A stretch of DNA of 27,963 nt from an uncultured Pseudomonadales bacterium (GCA_964519685.1 CAZFIY010000001.1:1-27963); one strand, 5' to 3'; shown: positions 7,981 to 16,336, counted from the stretch's first letter. A program made the numbers and translations. The notes: generated by a model not told the origin, from the letters alone.

Positions 7981-8916
7981 ATGTTCGATGTTATTTCTAT
8001 CGGCTCGTCACTCTTGGATATTTTTATCAGATCCGATGATTTGGAAGCTGATCGTGATGGCGATCGTCAGATTCTCACGTATGGTGATAAATTAGAATTA
8101 TCCGATTTTCAAATTGTGACTGGTGGTGGAGCTAGTAATACCGCAGTTGCCTTTGCTCGCTTGGGTTTACACGCAGCTGTTATTTCAGAAACTGGTCGCG
8201 ATGCTTTTGCTAGCTTGATTACCGATGATTTTCAGAGAGAAGGTGTGGCGACTAATTTACTTATCCAAGAAAAGTTGGAGAAGACTGGCGGCTCTGTAGT
8301 TTTAGTTGCTCATAATTCAGAGCGAGTCATCATGGTGCATCGTGGAGCAGCTTCTATGTTAGATCCATTTGATATTCCTGCTTTTTGGTTAGCCAAAAGC
8401 AAGTGGGTTCATCTTTCTAGTATTGGTGGTAATGTGGAAACTTTGGCTAAAATTTTTAAGACTTTAGATAATAATCAAACTACCAAAATGTCTTGGAACC
8501 CTGGTAAGAAAGAACTACAGCTATTAGTTGAAGAAAAATTTGAAGTAGCGAAAATTCCTTGCGAAATCTTTTTCGTTAATCAGGAAGAATGGGCAATGAT
8601 CGAACCATTACATGAAGATATTTTGCTCAATTTTCCACAGGTAATAATTACCAAGGGTAAGGATGGTGGTGAAGTGCATCTTTTTGGTAAGAAAAAGTTT
8701 GAGTTTGTGGGTGAGGCAGAATCTTTCACTGATAGTACTGGAGCTGGCGATGCTTTTGCAGCTGCTTATACGACTGCTATTATATCTGGCCATGATGTTT
8801 CCACTGCCATCAGTTGGGGAGTTAAAAATGCTGGTAACGTGGTTGCTTATTTTGGAGCAAAACTTGGTTTATTGCGCCAGACTCAAATTTTAGAGTTAAC
8901 AAAGGTTAAAAATTAG
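7981..8916 (+). CDS. PfkB/ribokinase-family carbohydrate kinase
   Basis: GGGASNTAVAFARLG (PfkB signature 1), FVNQEE, TKGKDG, DSTGAGDAFAAAY (signature 2). Confidence 0.93.
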   Translation: MFDVISIGSSLLDIFIRSDDLEADRDGDRQILTYGDKLELSDFQIVTGGGASNTAVAFARLGLHAAVISETGRDAFASLITDDFQREGVATNLLIQEKLEKTGGSVVLVAHNSERVIMVHRGAASMLDPFDIPAFWLAKSKWVHLSSIGGNVETLAKIFKTLDNNQTTKMSWNPGKKELQLLVEEKFEVAKIPCEIFFVNQEEWAMIEPLHEDILLNFPQVIITKGKDGGEVHLFGKKKFEFVGEAESFTDSTGAGDAFAAAYTTAIISGHDVSTAISWGVKNAGNVVAYFGAKLGLLRQTQILELTKVKN

Positions 8917-8935
8917 TGTTTAATAGACTAGCTAT

Positions 8936-9442
8936 ATGAAAAAACTATTTTTTCTTTTATCTTTTTTGTCGTTCACCTTTTTATTTGCAGGTGCAGCTCG
9001 TGCTTTGGAATTAACTAAAATTGGTACAACAGATTTAACTGGTCAGGGTATTGGTTCGACTGTTTCTGCTTATACTTATAATCTACGTTCTTTTAGTCTT
9101 TATGGTTTATCGACGGCATCTAGTTCAGTGGCGATTAAAATTGATGATGTTACTTATAACGCTACGGCTAATCAAGCAGGTGAATGGTCCACTTATTTAT
9201 CAAATCTTACCTATGATGATCACGTTGCAGTAATTAGTGCTCCAGATCAAACTAGCTTAAATTTTACTTTGAAAATCAGTTCTGCCGCAGCCACTCCCAC
9301 CGCTACTCCAACTGCTACGCCAACGGTAGCCACTACTACTAGTTCTTTACCTAGTGCTGGTACCACAGAAAATACTTTCTTAATTGCAGCTTTGGCTTTA
9401 CTGTCCCTAGGACTAGGTGTGGCGATCAAGTATAGAGATTAA
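8936..9442 (+). CDS. Secreted Ig-like (Big) domain protein with Pro/Thr linker and C-terminal LPSAG sortase-type sorting signal
   Basis: Signal peptide MKK-hydrophobic-ARA; Ig-like beta pattern (VAIKIDDVTYNATANQAGEWS); ATPTATPTATPT; LPSAG at 9347-9361, hydrophobic helix, KYRD tail. Confidence 0.8.
   Translation: MKKLFFLLSFLSFTFLFAGAARALELTKIGTTDLTGQGIGSTVSAYTYNLRSFSLYGLSTASSSVAIKIDDVTYNATANQAGEWSTYLSNLTYDDHVAVISAPDQTSLNFTLKISSAAATPTATPTATPTVATTTSSLPSAGTTENTFLIAALALLSLGLGVAIKYRD
9292..9340 (+). repeat. Degenerate 12-nt tandem repeat encoding the (TPTA)n/Thr-rich linker
   Basis: Three copies of TPTA/TPTV followed by ACTACTACT. Confidence 0.7.
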
Positions 9443-9453
9443 TTTTTATAAAT

Positions 9454-10512
9454 ATGTCAGATTTCCGCGAACTTCTCAATCAAGAGATTGCTTCTTTGTC
9501 AGCAAAAATTGAACAAGGTGAATTGCCAGATGAAATGCGCTATCAATTAAAAAAAGAGGTAGTAGCTTTGGAGCGTAGCGTAGAAATAGGTAATTATGAT
9601 GAGAAATATGAAAAAGTTTCTCGTTACATAGACTGGTGTTTGCGCATTCCTTTTGGTAAGAAAACCGAAGATACGTTAGACGTAGTCAAAGCTCAAGAAA
9701 TTTTTGATCAGCACCATTTTGGCATGCAGGAAGTGAAGAATCGTTTTTTAGAATATCTAGCAGTGCTCAATTTACAGAAAAATAATCTTCAGGATGAGAA
9801 ATTTTCTGCTCCAATTTTATTTTTGGTTGGTTTAGTGGGTACTGGTAAGACGACTTTTGCTTATTCGTTAACTGAAGCTTTGGGTCGTAAACTAGTGCGT
9901 ATTCCTTTTGGTGGTATGGGTAGCGCTAAGGAATTAAGAGGCAACTCGCGTTTATTACTTGGTTCTGAACCAGGAAAAATCCTTAAGGGTGTCTGTGAAG
10001 CTGGAGTAATGAATCCGATTATTTTACTTGATGAAATTGATCGTGCAACTGATGAATCCAACATGGATATTATGGGTGTTTTAGTTGAGTTATTAGATCC
10101 TGCTCAGAATCATGCTTTTACTGATGATTACATTAATTATCCAATCGATCTTTCACAAGCTATCTTTTTAGCTACAGCCAATAACACTCGTAAAATTGCT
10201 ACAGCAGTGATGGATCGTATGGAAAAGATTGATATGCCTTCTTATACCGATGATGAAAAGGTAGCAATTGCTAAGAAATACGTAATGCCGAAAGTGCTAA
10301 AAGAAGTCGGTTTGAAATCAGAACAATTTGTCATTCGCGAAGAAATGTGGCCCAAAATGGTTCGTCCATTAGGTTTTGATGCTGGTATTCGTACCTTGCA
10401 ACGCACTATTCAAGGTGCAGCTCGTAAGGCGGCACGTATTATTGTGGAAGGTAAATACGATAAAGTAGAAATTGGTCCAGATAATTACAAAATTTTCTTA
10501 CCATCTTACTAA
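9454..10512 (+). CDS. Lon-type AAA+ ATPase lacking both the N-terminal LAN domain and the C-terminal protease domain
   Basis: YIDWCLRIPFG, HHFGMQEVKNRFLEYLAV, Walker A GLVGTGKTT, Walker B ILLDEID, LLDPAQNHAFTDDY, ATAN, Arg finger DRME, GIRTLQR. Ends at 352 aa. Confidence 0.9.
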   Translation: MSDFRELLNQEIASLSAKIEQGELPDEMRYQLKKEVVALERSVEIGNYDEKYEKVSRYIDWCLRIPFGKKTEDTLDVVKAQEIFDQHHFGMQEVKNRFLEYLAVLNLQKNNLQDEKFSAPILFLVGLVGTGKTTFAYSLTEALGRKLVRIPFGGMGSAKELRGNSRLLLGSEPGKILKGVCEAGVMNPIILLDEIDRATDESNMDIMGVLVELLDPAQNHAFTDDYINYPIDLSQAIFLATANNTRKIATAVMDRMEKIDMPSYTDDEKVAIAKKYVMPKVLKEVGLKSEQFVIREEMWPKMVRPLGFDAGIRTLQRTIQGAARKAARIIVEGKYDKVEIGPDNYKIFLPSY

Positions 10513-10521
10513 GTTTTTTCT

Positions 10522-10530
10522 TGATATAAT
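10522..10530 (+). promoter_or_regulatory. Extended -10 promoter of udg (probably leaderless)
   Basis: TGaTATAAT ending 8 nt before ATG 10539, no SD. Confidence 0.6.
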
Positions 10531-10538
10531 CTTTTTTA

Positions 10539-11162
10539 ATGTATTTTACTGATTTAAACACACTCAAAGCTGATCTAGAAAAGAATTTTCAAAATTTCCC
10601 TCTGGTAGAAAAAGTGACAGACTTAGTTCATGGTGAAGGCAATGAGTCAGCTGATATCATGCTGATAGGTGAAGCTCCTGGATATTACGAAAGCGTTGAA
10701 AGGCGACCTTTTGTTGGTCGCTCTGGACAATTACTTCGCAAAGTTTTGGCAGAAAGCGGTTTAAAAGCTGGTCAAGTTTATATTAGCAATATTGTTAAAG
10801 TTAGACCGCCAGACAATCGCGATCCACTACCTCATGAAATTTTAGCCTTTAAACCTTATTTAGATGCGGAAATTGATTTGATTAAACCCAAATTAATTGT
10901 CACTTTAGGTCGTTTTAGCATGGCCAAATTTTTACCTGAAGTAAAAGCTTCTCAGGTTCATGGACGCTTGCACAAGATTAAATGGAATGAAAGAATCCTT
11001 TTTATTTTGCCTATGTATCACCCAGCAGCTGCTTTGCGGGCGACAAAAATCAAAGAGTCTTTTATCAATGATTTTGCTAAAATTGAGAAGATCATTACTT
11101 TTGTACAAACTGCCAAAGACACCGAGGTTTTTAAAGAAACAGTTAAAGAGGCTTTATTATGA
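10539..11162 (+). CDS. Uracil-DNA glycosylase, family 4-like (no cysteines)
   Basis: HGEG, IMLIGEAPG, PFVGRSGQLL, NIVKVRPPDNRDP, IVTLGRFS, MYHPAAAL. Confidence 0.92.
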   Translation: MYFTDLNTLKADLEKNFQNFPLVEKVTDLVHGEGNESADIMLIGEAPGYYESVERRPFVGRSGQLLRKVLAESGLKAGQVYISNIVKVRPPDNRDPLPHEILAFKPYLDAEIDLIKPKLIVTLGRFSMAKFLPEVKASQVHGRLHKIKWNERILFILPMYHPAAALRATKIKESFINDFAKIEKIITFVQTAKDTEVFKETVKEALL

Positions 11163-11192
11163 AGATTATTAAAACAAGAAAGTAAAAAATTT

Positions 11193-12866
11193 ATGATGGA
11201 AAATATGAACAAATTAAAACTTCTTCCTTTAGGTGGCATGGGTGGTGTGACTCAAAACATGTACCTTTATCAATACGAAGAAGAAATTTTACTGGTGGAC
11301 TGTGGAATTGGTTTTCCAGATATGTACATGCCTGGAGTAGATACGCTGATTCCTGATATTAGTTATTTGCAAGATCAGGTAGAAAAAGGTGCCAAAATCG
11401 TTGGTATGATTTTAAGTCATGGTCACGATGATCATATTGGAGCTCTGCCTTATTTATTAGACGATTTACCAGAATTTCCTATTTATGCTTCTCCATTAAC
11501 AGCTGGTTTTGCTCGCGATCGTTTACTAGATAAAAAGCTTGATCGAGAGATTAAGGTAGTGCCTGATAAAGAAATGGTCCAAATTGGTAGACATTTTTCT
11601 TTTGAATTAATTGCCATGACTCATTCAGTACCAGATACGCGTCACATTGTGATTCAAACTCCAGTGGGCAAAATCTATCATGGCAGCGATTTCAAACTTG
11701 ATAAGGCTCCTGTGGATGGGGTTTTATCAGATCTTGATGAGGTTAAAAGAGTGGCAGATCAAGGAATTTTATTAGGCTTAATTGATTGTCTGCGGGTAGA
11801 ACAGGAAACTTGGACCAAATCTGAGTCTTCTATTAAGTCATCACTTGAGGAAGAAATGGCCAATGTCAAAGGCAAGATCTTAGTGACTTTGATGAGTTCG
11901 CACATTCACCGTATTCAACAAGTGATTGATGTTTGTGAGCAGATTGGTCGCCAGGTTGTTTTCGTGGGACGCAGTGTAGAACAAAATGTAGTAGCAGCTA
12001 CTTTACTCAAAAAACTACATATTGAGTCAGGTACGCAGGTTGATAAAAACCACATTAGTGAAGTGCCAGATAATCGACTATGTGTAATTATCGCTGGTAG
12101 TCAGGGGCAGGAGGGTTCTTCGCTGGTGCGAGCCGTTTACGGCGAGCACAGAATTATTCAGATTACTCCTGAAGATAAGGTCATTTTTTCAGCTAATGTG
12201 ATTCCTGGCAATGAGATTAACTATTATGCGGCTATCGACGAATTATCTGCCAACAATGTGGATGTGGTTTATCCAGAAATCAATCGTGGCATTCATGCTT
12301 CTGGTCACGCCAGTAGTCCGGAACAAAAAGAACTTGCCCAACTTTTACAAGCCAAATATTTAATGCCAATTGGTGGCGCTGATCGTCATCGTGCTCTTTT
12401 TGAGAAAAGAGTGGCAGCGGCTTTGAATTATGATCATCGTCATGTTTTATTGCCAAAATCTGGAGAAGTCTTAGGTTTTGATGAAAGCGGAGTCAAAGTG
12501 ATTGATGAAGTTCTGCTCAATGCCAAAGCAGTCGATGGATTAGGCATTGGTGATGTGGGGCCGGTGGTTTTATCTGATCGTTTATCACTTTCCAAAGCCG
12601 GCATCATCGTTTTGGTTATTCCCAGAATTGCTGGCGAATTTGATTTTATGGAAATGAAAGTTGTTTCCAGAGGTTTTGTCTTCATGAAAGAGGCTGATGA
12701 AGTGATTCAATTTATAAAACAGGCAACTGCTGAAATTGTTGGTGAAGACAAACAAAAAATCAAAGATGATGAGCTGAAGAAAAAAATCGAGCGTCGTTTG
12801 GCGAAAAAACTCTACAAAGTTATTCGTCGAGAACCCATCATTGTTCCAGTCTTTATCGAGATGTAA
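11193..12866 (+). CDS. rnj: Ribonuclease J
   Basis: LLPLGGMGGVTQN, SHGHDDHIG (HxHxDH), HSVPD, GSDFKLD, GSQGQ, IHASGHA. Start could also be 11196 or 11205. Confidence 0.95.
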   Translation: MMENMNKLKLLPLGGMGGVTQNMYLYQYEEEILLVDCGIGFPDMYMPGVDTLIPDISYLQDQVEKGAKIVGMILSHGHDDHIGALPYLLDDLPEFPIYASPLTAGFARDRLLDKKLDREIKVVPDKEMVQIGRHFSFELIAMTHSVPDTRHIVIQTPVGKIYHGSDFKLDKAPVDGVLSDLDEVKRVADQGILLGLIDCLRVEQETWTKSESSIKSSLEEEMANVKGKILVTLMSSHIHRIQQVIDVCEQIGRQVVFVGRSVEQNVVAATLLKKLHIESGTQVDKNHISEVPDNRLCVIIAGSQGQEGSSLVRAVYGEHRIIQITPEDKVIFSANVIPGNEINYYAAIDELSANNVDVVYPEINRGIHASGHASSPEQKELAQLLQAKYLMPIGGADRHRALFEKRVAAALNYDHRHVLLPKSGEVLGFDESGVKVIDEVLLNAKAVDGLGIGDVGPVVLSDRLSLSKAGIIVLVIPRIAGEFDFMEMKVVSRGFVFMKEADEVIQFIKQATAEIVGEDKQKIKDDELKKKIERRLAKKLYKVIRREPIIVPVFIEM

Positions 12867-12959
12867 GTTCGCTTGCTACTTGATGAAGATTGTGTGATAC
12901 TTGACTTGTATAAGTGTTTTATGTTATATCCTATAATAATATAAATAAAGTCTTTATTT

Positions 12960-15152
12960 ATGGCAAAATTGTTCAAATCAAGAAAAAGAAAAAAGCGCCA
13001 AGGCATTCGCCTGAAAATGCGCACTGACACCAGCTATTCAGTGGTGGCAGTTTTATTGATTTTGCTTGGCTTATTGGTGGTAATTTCTTTTACTGGTCAA
13101 GGTCAGCTGTTAGTTTTTATCAATGATTTCTTATCTTTGAAATTTGGTTTATCGATGTTTTTTTTGCCCTTTGTTTTTATTTCTGCCGGATTAGTGATGC
13201 TACGCAGCAAACATGCTTGGTCTAAGCCAACTATTCTTTTGGGCACAATTTTATTAATGTTGGGTACTATGGGTATGACCAAGAGTGGTCATCTTGGGGT
13301 CAATATTTTTCATAATTTTGCCAGACTCATCACTGAATCTGGAGCCTATGCTTTCTTTTTAGCGGTGGCTTTGATTGGAGTTTTGGTTTTATCTCAGTCA
13401 TCTTTATTGGAAATCTTTGCTCTTTTGGGTAAATTATTTAAACGTAGCGATAAAGAAAAATTGCCACAAAAAGATCTTTTTGCTGATCAAGTTTCTGAAA
13501 AAGAAATTGCTAAAGCGAAAGGCTTTTCAATTCCCAATTTTGGTTTTGGTTTGCACAAAGACAAAGATTTGAAAACAGGCGAAGCTTTTGCTAAAGAAAT
13601 TGAGCAGGACAATACTTCTGCCAAAGCAATTATTGAAGATGAAGTCAAAAAAGAAGTTGGTGCGGGTTTAGATCAAAAAGAAACTCTCAATGTTTCTTCA
13701 GTACCAATGATGTGGGATTATCCACCTTTGTCTTTGCTTTCCCAGAAATCTGGTGGCAAAGCTGATCGTGGCGATGTGAAGGGCAATGCTTCGATTATTG
13801 AAAACACTTTGGAATCATTTGGTATTCAGGCCAAGGTAGTGGAATATAACCCTGGTCCAGCGGTGACACAGTATGCTTTGGAAATTAACAAAGGTACTCG
13901 TTTGGCTAAAATTACCGCTCTTTCGACTGATTTAGCTTTGGCTTTATCTGCGCCGACTGGGCAGATTCGTATCGAAGCTCCAATTCCTGGTCGTAATTTA
14001 GTCGGTGTAGAAGTGCCAAATCGCAGTGCAGAATATGTCACTCTCAAAACTATGTTGTCAGCCCCAGCGATGAAGAAGCATAAATCTAAATTAGCTGTGG
14101 CTTTAGGTATTGATGTAGCTGGCAATCCAGCGATTGTAGATATTGCCACCATGCCTCATTTACTGATTGCTGGTTCAACTGGTTCTGGTAAATCAGTTTG
14201 TATTAACTCTTTCATGTGCTCGATTCTTTTTAGAGCTACTCCTGAAGAAGTTAAATTTATTTTGGTTGATCCTAAACGTGTCGAGCTGACTGGTTACAAC
14301 GATATTCCTCATCTTTTGACTCCAGTTATTGTCGAGCCTAATAAAGTAGTTTCATCCTTGAAATGGGCTTGTCAAGAAATGGATAAACGCTACAAAATGC
14401 TTTCTGAAGTTGGAGTCAAGAATATTAGTGAATATAACGAATTGGCTGGTTTAGCGACCATGCCAAATATTGTGATTGTGATTGATGAATTGGCTGATGT
14501 GATGCTTTTTGCTCCAGCTGAAGTGGAAGAAAGTGTGACTCGCATTGCTCAAATGGCTCGTGCCGTGGGTATTCACCTGGTTTTAGCCACTCAGCGTCCT
14601 TCAGTTGATGTTTTGACAGGTTTGATCAAAGCTAATGTCCCAACTCGTATTGCTTTTAATGTGGCTTCGATGATGGATAGTCGTGTAATTTTGGATAGTC
14701 CAGGAGCAGAAAAATTACTGGGTCGTGGTGATATGTTATTTCAAGCCACGGATAAACCCAAGCCAGCTCGTGTGCAAGGTACTTTTGTCAGTGCTTCGGA
14801 GACCAATAATTTGATTAGCTTCTTGAAATCTCAGGGTCAAAAACCTCATTATGAAGAAGATATTCTTAATAAGTTTCAATCTGGTAAAGTCAGTGGAGGT
14901 AGTTTGGGCATGGATGCTGGAGGCAACGACATCGATGATAAATGTATTGAGGCCGCTAAGTTATTTTTAACTGCTGATAAAGCTTCCTCTTCTCTGATTC
15001 AAAGACGCCTGTCTGTTGGTTATGCTCGTGCAGCTAGAATTCTCGATCAGTTATATGAAATTGGTCTCGTTGGTCCTCCAGATGGTAGTAAGCCAAGAGA
15101 CGTCAATAATAATAAGATTAGAGAATTTTTGATGAGTAAAGAACAGAGCTAA
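12960..15152 (+). CDS. ftsK: DNA translocase FtsK/SpoIIIE
   Basis: Four N-terminal TM helices, PHLLIAGSTGSGKSV, VDPKRVEL, IDELAD, LATQRPSVDV, gamma domain IQRRLSVGYARAARILDQL. Confidence 0.97.
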   Translation: MAKLFKSRKRKKRQGIRLKMRTDTSYSVVAVLLILLGLLVVISFTGQGQLLVFINDFLSLKFGLSMFFLPFVFISAGLVMLRSKHAWSKPTILLGTILLMLGTMGMTKSGHLGVNIFHNFARLITESGAYAFFLAVALIGVLVLSQSSLLEIFALLGKLFKRSDKEKLPQKDLFADQVSEKEIAKAKGFSIPNFGFGLHKDKDLKTGEAFAKEIEQDNTSAKAIIEDEVKKEVGAGLDQKETLNVSSVPMMWDYPPLSLLSQKSGGKADRGDVKGNASIIENTLESFGIQAKVVEYNPGPAVTQYALEINKGTRLAKITALSTDLALALSAPTGQIRIEAPIPGRNLVGVEVPNRSAEYVTLKTMLSAPAMKKHKSKLAVALGIDVAGNPAIVDIATMPHLLIAGSTGSGKSVCINSFMCSILFRATPEEVKFILVDPKRVELTGYNDIPHLLTPVIVEPNKVVSSLKWACQEMDKRYKMLSEVGVKNISEYNELAGLATMPNIVIVIDELADVMLFAPAEVEESVTRIAQMARAVGIHLVLATQRPSVDVLTGLIKANVPTRIAFNVASMMDSRVILDSPGAEKLLGRGDMLFQATDKPKPARVQGTFVSASETNNLISFLKSQGQKPHYEEDILNKFQSGKVSGGSLGMDAGGNDIDDKCIEAAKLFLTADKASSSLIQRRLSVGYARAARILDQLYEIGLVGPPDGSKPRDVNNNKIREFLMSKEQS

Positions 15153-15154
15153 TG

Positions 15155-15553
15155 TGGAGATGGCGGGTTATGACCCCGCGTCCGTAGCCAGCTGTTTAAA
15201 TAATTTCTACAGATATAGTTTAGTTTTGATTAAAAATCAGCAAGTTACCTAAACAAACTTTTGTTGATTTATCTGCGTTATTTTCTTAGAACTATTTGCA
15301 ACGCAAAGTCAAATAATCCGCCAAGTGACTGAGTTTTCACTTAAATACCTGCATCACTTACACAAATAAATAAATGCCTAAATTAGCAATAAGCTAAAGC
15401 AGGAGCGCGGAAACTGGCAACAAAATTGCTGACAGCAGTCTTTGCTTTTGAGATTATGTTATCGACATTTATTGTCTGGATCTTTTTAACGTCTTTGGTC
15501 CAAAGACAATCTGCCACTATCTAAAAGATGTTACGTCAAAGCAATACATCCCC
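15155..15553 (-). ncRNA. ssrA: tmRNA
   Basis: 5' GGGGAUG pairs with 3' CAUCUCC-A, giving G3.U70. T arm GCGGG/CCCGC preceded by GGAC; 5' UUUGAC. UAAAU-G resume context, then a 27-codon tag ORF (15466 down to 15383) ending PALAYC*. CCA is not encoded. Confidence 0.95.
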
Positions 15554-15590
15554 TTTTTAAAGTACGAGACTTATATAAATCTCAGAGAGG

Positions 15591-15599
15591 ATTATAGCA
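15591..15599 (-). promoter_or_regulatory. Extended -10 promoter of ssrA
   Basis: Minus-strand TGcTATAAT about 37 nt upstream of the mature G1. Confidence 0.7.
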
Positions 15600-15624
15600 T
15601 AAAAAACGCTGTTTGTCCCATGAA

Positions 15625-16284
15625 TCACTCCATTTTTGATGCCACGACAAGCCCAATTATGGCTTTAACATGCGCCTTTTTTAGAGTTTGACTGACTGCA
15701 TTTAAAGTCGCACCGGTAGTTAAAACATCGTCAATTAAAATAATTCTTTTGCCTTGAATCAAATTTTTATATTTTGCCCTAACTTGGAAAAGCCCCTGCA
15801 TTCTTTGGAGGCGTTCTTGTTGATTTTTAATTTGTGCTTGGGCTTTGGTATTTTCTTTTTTCTCTAACAAATTTTTCACTGGAATTCGTAGAATCTTCCC
15901 AAGTTCTAGGGCAATTTCTTGGCCTTGATTATAACCTCTTAGGTGCAATTTACTTCGATGTAAAGGGATAAAACTGATTATATCAGCTGGCGGAATAATT
16001 AAATGTTGCCAGAGCATTTTGGCTAAAAAAGGTGCAATGTTTTTACTATCATGATACTTAAGAGCTTTCAGCAATTTCATTAAAGAGCCAGTAAATTTCG
16101 CCATGATTAATAAATCATCGAAATAAATTTCTTGGAAGTGAGCTTGAATTTCTTGGATTTTGTTTTGAGAAGAGTAGAACTGCAGACCATGATAACAATT
16201 TGCACAAAGTGGAGGGCCAAGCTTTTGACAATTCAGGCAAAAATCCGGAAAAAGTAATTCTAAGAAAAAATCATTTATTTTCAG
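15625..16284 (-). CDS. comF: ComF family phosphoribosyltransferase-like competence protein; extends 5' of the ORF-track start, start codon uncertain
   Basis: RGYNQ, ILIDDVLTTGATL. The frame stays open to 16293 and encodes LFPDFCLNC...LCANC (N-terminal Zn ribbon). No in-frame ATG/GTG/TTG upstream of 16104; CTG 16284 assumed. Confidence 0.85.
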   Translation of the reverse strand: MKINDFFLELLFPDFCLNCQKLGPPLCANCYHGLQFYSSQNKIQEIQAHFQEIYFDDLLIMAKFTGSLMKLLKALKYHDSKNIAPFLAKMLWQHLIIPPADIISFIPLHRSKLHLRGYNQGQEIALELGKILRIPVKNLLEKKENTKAQAQIKNQQERLQRMQGLFQVRAKYKNLIQGKRIILIDDVLTTGATLNAVSQTLKKAHVKAIIGLVVASKME

Positions 16285-16336
16285 ATCAATTGATTATTAC
16301 AGAGCAAGTTAGCAAGAAGCGTAGCCTTGTCTTTTC

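Noticed and set aside
9347-9361. LPSAG resembles the Lon catalytic GPSAG motif and sits next to the protease-less Lon
   Set aside because: The context (signal peptide, stalk, TM, charged tail) is a sorting signal with no Lon protease fold; coincidence.
12860-12900. Possible LexA box upstream of ftsK (GTTCG half-site)
   Set aside because: No matching CGAAC half-site at the proper spacing.
16126-16157. 11-bp direct repeat AATTTCTTGGA in comF
   Set aside because: In-frame (QEI twice), 21 nt apart; a trivial local duplication.
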